In this document: in pieces, positions 59,878 through 64,000 of the stretch
Layout: each line of letters begins with the position of its first letter
Numbering within the stretch: position 1 is the stretch's first letter
Assembly (NCBI GenBank): GCA_964632485.1
Contig: CAZWDO010000002.1
Span: 1-64,000 of the forward strand
Direction of reading: 5' to 3'
Source of the DNA: an uncultured bacterium
GTDB lineage: Bacteria; JAGOEH01
Length of the DNA: 64,000 bases
The notes under the pieces: model-generated
Databases searched by the model: none
What the model was told of the DNA's origin: nothing
What the model saw: the letters and a program-made list of their open reading frames with translations, nothing else
Translations under genes and position numbers: made by a program

Positions 59878-61116
59878 TTATCCTAAAATGGCCAGTAGTA
59901 CTCCGGCGGCGATTGCTGAACCAATCACTCCGGCAACATTGGGGCCCATCGCGTGCATGAGAAGATAATTGGATGGGTTCTCTTTTTGTCCAACACTATT
60001 AACAACCCTGGCGGACATGGGAACTGCGGATACTCCAGCGGCGCCAATTAATGGATTGATCTTTTTCCCCGATAGGCGATACATAATTTTTCCTAAAATG
60101 ACCCCGGCGGCAGTTCCAAAAGAAAATGCAATCAAACCCAGAACCAGAATCCCCAGGGTTTCCACTTTGAGAAATTTTTCAGCAGAAAGTTTCGATCCTA
60201 CGCTCAATCCTAAAAATATTGTGACAAGATTAATCAATTCATTTTGAGCAGTTTTACTAAGCCGCTCAACAACGCCCGCCTCTCTGAGCAGGTTGCCAAA
60301 CGTCAGCATCCCAATTAAAGGGGTCGCATCGGGAATAAGGAAAATACATAACCCTAATATTAATAATGGAAAGACAATTTTTTCGGTTTTGTTCACGGAA
60401 CGGATTGTCGCCATACGGACGGAACGCTCTTCAGGAGTTGTTAGCCATCGCATGATTGGGGGCTGGATGATCGGAACCAATGCCATATAGGAATAAGCGG
60501 CAACGGCGATCGATGGTAGAAGATCAGGTGAAAGGCGGCTTGCAAGAAAAATTGATGTCGGACCATCCGCGCCACCAATAATGGAAATGGCGGCCGCATC
60601 ATGTAAATTAAAATTGAATAAAGGCGTTTGACCTAAAAGAGTCGCCCCCACTAAGGTCCCAAAAATACCAAACTGAGCGGCAGCTCCCAACAGAGCAGTG
60701 ATCGGATTAGCGATCATCGGCCCAAAATCGGTTAAAGCGCCGACTCCTAAAAATATGAGTAAAGGAAAAACGCCGGTCTCAATTCCCGCCTGGTACATAT
60801 ATCCTAAAAGTCCCATTGGACCTGCAATACCTGCCAGGGGAATATTAGATAGTATTCCTCCAAAACCGATGGGGATCAACAGCAAAGGTTCAAATTTCCT
60901 GACGATAGCTAAATAGATCAACAACAAGCCAACGCCAATCATAACTAATTGCTGCCATTCAATAACAGCCACTCCTGTGCGTTGCTTTAGATTATTGATC
61001 ATTTCCATAATACCTTTGGTCGCTTGGGTTGAATCATGAGTCTGCGCAAAAAAGGTACAGTAGAATACTAAAATTATAATTAGAGTAAGGAAAAGTTTGT
61101 AACAGTTAAATTTCAT
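59878..61116 (-). CDS. oadB: Na+-translocating decarboxylase beta subunit (OadB/GcdB/MmdB)
   Basis: [53 protein letters not shown]. Confidence 0.95.
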   Translation of the reverse strand: MKFNCYKLFLTLIIILVFYCTFFAQTHDSTQATKGIMEMINNLKQRTGVAVIEWQQLVMIGVGLLLIYLAIVRKFEPLLLIPIGFGGILSNIPLAGIAGPMGLLGYMYQAGIETGVFPLLIFLGVGALTDFGPMIANPITALLGAAAQFGIFGTLVGATLLGQTPLFNFNLHDAAAISIIGGADGPTSIFLASRLSPDLLPSIAVAAYSYMALVPIIQPPIMRWLTTPEERSVRMATIRSVNKTEKIVFPLLILGLCIFLIPDATPLIGMLTFGNLLREAGVVERLSKTAQNELINLVTIFLGLSVGSKLSAEKFLKVETLGILVLGLIAFSFGTAAGVILGKIMYRLSGKKINPLIGAAGVSAVPMSARVVNSVGQKENPSNYLLMHAMGPNVAGVIGSAIAAGVLLAILG

Positions 61117-61147
61117 TTTTTCCCTTTCACGCTTTTCAAAAATTAGT

Positions 61148-61230
61148 GGCAGCAGAGATGTCAGTCATCGATTTGCCCAGTCCATCCCGGCATTAAAGCG
61201 CATGCTGCATACCTGTGAATCCAACCTGAA
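61148..61230 (-). promoter_or_regulatory. Candidate riboswitch in the oadB leader (possibly Na+-I/DUF1646 class)
   Basis: Nested hairpin UUCAG/CUGGG, AUUC/GGAU, GGUAU/AUGCC, AGC/GCU; competing pair GCAGCA/UGCUGC downstream; promoter TTGACT(61288-61283)-17-TACTAT. Confidence 0.5.
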
Positions 61231-61339
61231 TGAGGCGTTGTTAAACCTTATTCTTACTAATAGTAATTAAAAAAAAATTAAAAGTCAACTGTTTTTATCC
61301 ATTAACTTTTCTTTAAAAAAGTTTTAGGAAAAAAAATGG

Positions 61340-61368
61340 TTGACAAGTTCTATAAATCATCATATATT
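61340..61368 (+). promoter_or_regulatory. Sigma70-type promoter of the diguanylate cyclase gene
   Basis: TTGACA(61340-61345)-17-TATATT(61363-61368). Confidence 0.65.
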
Positions 61369-61490
61369 ACATAAAAAGTGGGTGTGATNNNNNNNNNNGC
61401 ATTGAATTAATAGTTCATTGCTAAGTATTAAGGACTTATTATGAATTACTTGAATTTCTGGGTAGTATAAAAAAATGATAGGAGTTTATT

Positions 61491-62666
61491 ATGCAGCGTA
61501 AGATTTTGGTAATTGATGACCAAAAAGACATTCGCGAAGTATATTTACAGATTTTAACACGGCAAAACCAAAGAAATACGGGTTCTCTCGATTCTCTGGA
61601 AAATGAATTGTTTTCGAATTTTGACACTCCCCCGGAAGTGGAAAATGATTCAGATAAAAGAATGTTGGAATTCGAAGTTCAATGCGCATCGCAGGGGCTG
61701 GAAGGTGTCCAGATGGCGCAGCAAGCTTTGGAGGCGCAAGAGCCGTATATGTTGGCCTTTATTGATATGAGGATGCCGCCCGGAATCGATGGAAAAGAAA
61801 CGGCGAAACGGATTCGCGAAGTGGATGAGAATATTGAACTTGTGATCGTCACCGCTTTTTCCGATCATTTATGTGCGGATATTGTCGAATATATCGGTTC
61901 TCCAAGTAAATTGCTTTTTTTGAAAAAACCGTTTGATGTTGAAGAAATTAAGCAACTTGCTGTCAATTTATCGGAAAAATGGTTATTGAACAGACAAAAT
62001 CAGGAATACACGGAGAATTTAGAACGAATCGTGATGGAGCGGACAAAGGAATTGGTTGATAAGAATCGAACCCTTGAACGTCTGGCTACTATGGATATTC
62101 TGACTGAATTAAATAATATGCAGAAGTTTTATGAGGAGCTTGATAAAGAGATTGAACGGTTGAGGCGCATTGTTGAGCATCGTGAAGCCAGTGGAAGTTT
62201 GGTTTTGGTAATGATTGACATTGATAATCTGAAATATTATAATGAACTTTTTGGACATTGGAATGGCGATATGATCATCAAAACTATTGCGGAAATTCTT
62301 AAAATGACGTTTCGTAAAAGCGATATTATTTGCCGGGTGGGCGGTGATGAATTTATGGTCATTATTCCCCAGACTAAATTACTTGAAGCTAAACGAACAT
62401 GTGATCGACTGATTAGTCTGATTATTGGGAAATTTACTTTTAAAGATATGGTTTATCTGCTCGATCAATACCGGATTGAAGAGATTAAACAGATCAGCGG
62501 GTATTCTGAGAATGATATCGTCCAGATTTCAATTACCGGTGGATTAGTTGAATTTGCCGGTGAACAGAGTCCTGAACGACTGGTGTCCAAGGCCAGCGAA
62601 GCCCTTACTTCGGCTAAACGCAAAGGTAAAAACCATTTTGTCATTTTAGAAGCTTCGCAATCGTAG
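61491..62666 (+). CDS. Response-regulator diguanylate cyclase (REC-GGDEF)
   Basis: ILVIDD, FIDMRMPP, KKPF; DILTEL, DIDNLK, RKSD I-site, GGDEF. Confidence 0.93.
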   Translation: MQRKILVIDDQKDIREVYLQILTRQNQRNTGSLDSLENELFSNFDTPPEVENDSDKRMLEFEVQCASQGLEGVQMAQQALEAQEPYMLAFIDMRMPPGIDGKETAKRIREVDENIELVIVTAFSDHLCADIVEYIGSPSKLLFLKKPFDVEEIKQLAVNLSEKWLLNRQNQEYTENLERIVMERTKELVDKNRTLERLATMDILTELNNMQKFYEELDKEIERLRRIVEHREASGSLVLVMIDIDNLKYYNELFGHWNGDMIIKTIAEILKMTFRKSDIICRVGGDEFMVIIPQTKLLEAKRTCDRLISLIIGKFTFKDMVYLLDQYRIEEIKQISGYSENDIVQISITGGLVEFAGEQSPERLVSKASEALTSAKRKGKNHFVILEASQS

Positions 62667-62898
62667 GGCTATTGGCATTTCAGTATAAACTATTGTCCCG
62701 AATCGACTCGATTCCAACTATTTATATCTATGTTAATTTTCTGCCTGAAAGTGGTTGTATATTAATGGTGTCGGTATCGCGGGTCTGCTTGCTGAGAGAT
62801 GGGTTTGAGATTTACCTTATGACATAATTCGGTTTTATGTCTGATCGGTAATCTACAAGAGAAACTCGGGTTCTGCTCAATGGCCAGTCAATAAAAAT

Positions 62899-63558
62899 TT
62901 ATTCGAATGTTTTAATATCCGCATCGATAGTGAGTGAGCACGCGGTTTTTTGAATAATTTCATCAACGCTATAATCCCGATGGTGTTCCATTAATATCAA
63001 GTTGTTTTCTGTCACTTTAATCACTGCCATTTCAGTAACGATTGTATCGACACAATGAACGCCGGTTAGAGGCAAGGTACATTTTTTTAATATTTTAGAA
63101 TTGCCGTTTTTATCGCAATGTTCCATACCGACGATGACGCGTTTGGAACCCGTGACTAAATCCATGGCGCCTCCCATCCCGGGCACGATTTTTCCGGGAA
63201 CCATCCAATTGGCCAGGTTCCCTTCCTCATCGACCTGTAATCCTCCCAACACCGTAACATCGAGATGTTTCCCGCGAATAATCCCGAAAGAATAGGCTGA
63301 GTCGAAGAAACTGGCAAAGGGCTGGACAGTAATGAAGCCGCCACCGGCATTGATCATATCAGGATCGATCTGATCTGGTGCGGGTAGAGGACCCATTCCC
63401 AGACAGCCATTTTCAGAATGGAAAATAATACTGATGTTGGACGGAATATAATTGGCGACAAGTGTTGGCAGGCCGATACCCAAATTCACAAGGTTTCCAT
63501 CTTGCAGTTCCCGGGCGATGCGTCGGGCAATCGTCTCCTTGATCTGATTTTTATCCAT
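62899..63558 (-). CDS. Acetate/3-oxoacid CoA-transferase subunit B
   Basis: VNLGIGLPT, SENG catalytic Glu, GMGGAMDL. Confidence 0.93.
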   Translation of the reverse strand: MDKNQIKETIARRIARELQDGNLVNLGIGLPTLVANYIPSNISIIFHSENGCLGMGPLPAPDQIDPDMINAGGGFITVQPFASFFDSAYSFGIIRGKHLDVTVLGGLQVDEEGNLANWMVPGKIVPGMGGAMDLVTGSKRVIVGMEHCDKNGNSKILKKCTLPLTGVHCVDTIVTEMAVIKVTENNLILMEHHRDYSVDEIIQKTACSLTIDADIKTFE

Positions 63559-63573
63559 AATGAACTCCTGAAA

Positions 63574-63999
63574 TCAAAGGGTTGATATGAGATAATGAAC
63601 AAAAACACCCGGAACGTGGACAAAATCGGGTTCGATTTCGCCAATTTCCACAATTTCATCGACTTCAGCGATGGTAAGTTCAGCAGCCATAGCCATAGCA
63701 GGGTTAGTATTTTGTGTTGTTCCATGGAATTGGAGGTTGCCAAATCGATCCGCCCGATGGGCTTTTACCAGGGCGACTCTTCCGCGGATTGGTTTTTGCA
63801 GCAGATAAGATTGGCCGTCGATTTCGATTACCGTACATTTTTCCTGGATCACCGTACCCAGTCCTGTGGGAGTCAATACTCCGCCCAGACCCATTCCGGC
63901 AACTCTGACGGCTTCGGAAAAAGTCCCCTGAGGCAAGAATGTGATTTCGAGTGTTTTTTCGATATATTGTTTTTGCGTTTCCGGATTGGTTCCAATATG
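63574..63999 (-). CDS. Acetate/3-oxoacid CoA-transferase subunit A (5' end beyond window)
   Basis: Frame open to the window edge: HIGTNPET...LPQGT, TPTGLGT, ADRFGNL. Confidence 0.92.
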   Translation of the reverse strand, partial: HIGTNPETQKQYIEKTLEITFLPQGTFSEAVRVAGMGLGGVLTPTGLGTVIQEKCTVIEIDGQSYLLQKPIRGRVALVKAHRADRFGNLQFHGTTQNTNPAMAMAAELTIAEVDEIVEIGEIEPDFVHVPGVFVHYLISTL

Positions 64000-64000
64000 C

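Noticed and set aside
183..63908. Many short alternative-frame and antisense ORFs in the track
   Set aside because: They lie within well-supported genes and show no recognisable motifs

Overview
Chromosomal window from a gapped metagenome-style assembly, with six 10-N scaffold gaps (5275, 9083, 19640, 22497, 51025, 61389). The source is probably an FCB-superphylum bacterium; this is inferred from T9SS-type C-terminal sorting domains, a PorV-like barrel and an FCB-type orphan kinase. Most of it is housekeeping: cysC, mutM, ogt, smc-ftsY, dacB, nrdJ, folC, serS, nth, pgpA/pgsA, recR-ybaB-dnaX-ffs, tadA, five tRNAs, glgP, pcm/surE, feoAB, an amidase, oadB and CoA-transferase subunits. Envelope and secreted proteins include a beta-helix protein, a multidomain GH3, an alpha-2-macroglobulin and an M14 peptidase. 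I saw no transposase, integrase, phage gene, cas gene or CRISPR array. The best candidates for undescribed biology are: (1) a PorV-like barrel fused to a transglutaminase-like Cys-His-Glu domain and probably TPRs, with a downstream sensor ending in an uncharacterised 4-Cys module, near T9SS-type cargo genes; (2) an intact P1B-ATPase-like protein with every catalytic motif erased, between a site-2 protease and a cell-wall amidase; (3) a riboswitch-like leader before a lone Na+-pump beta subunit; (4) a 6S-like structured RNA before cysC; (5) an alpha-2-macroglobulin without a thioester cysteine. All are hypotheses from reading motifs by eye; no searches were run.
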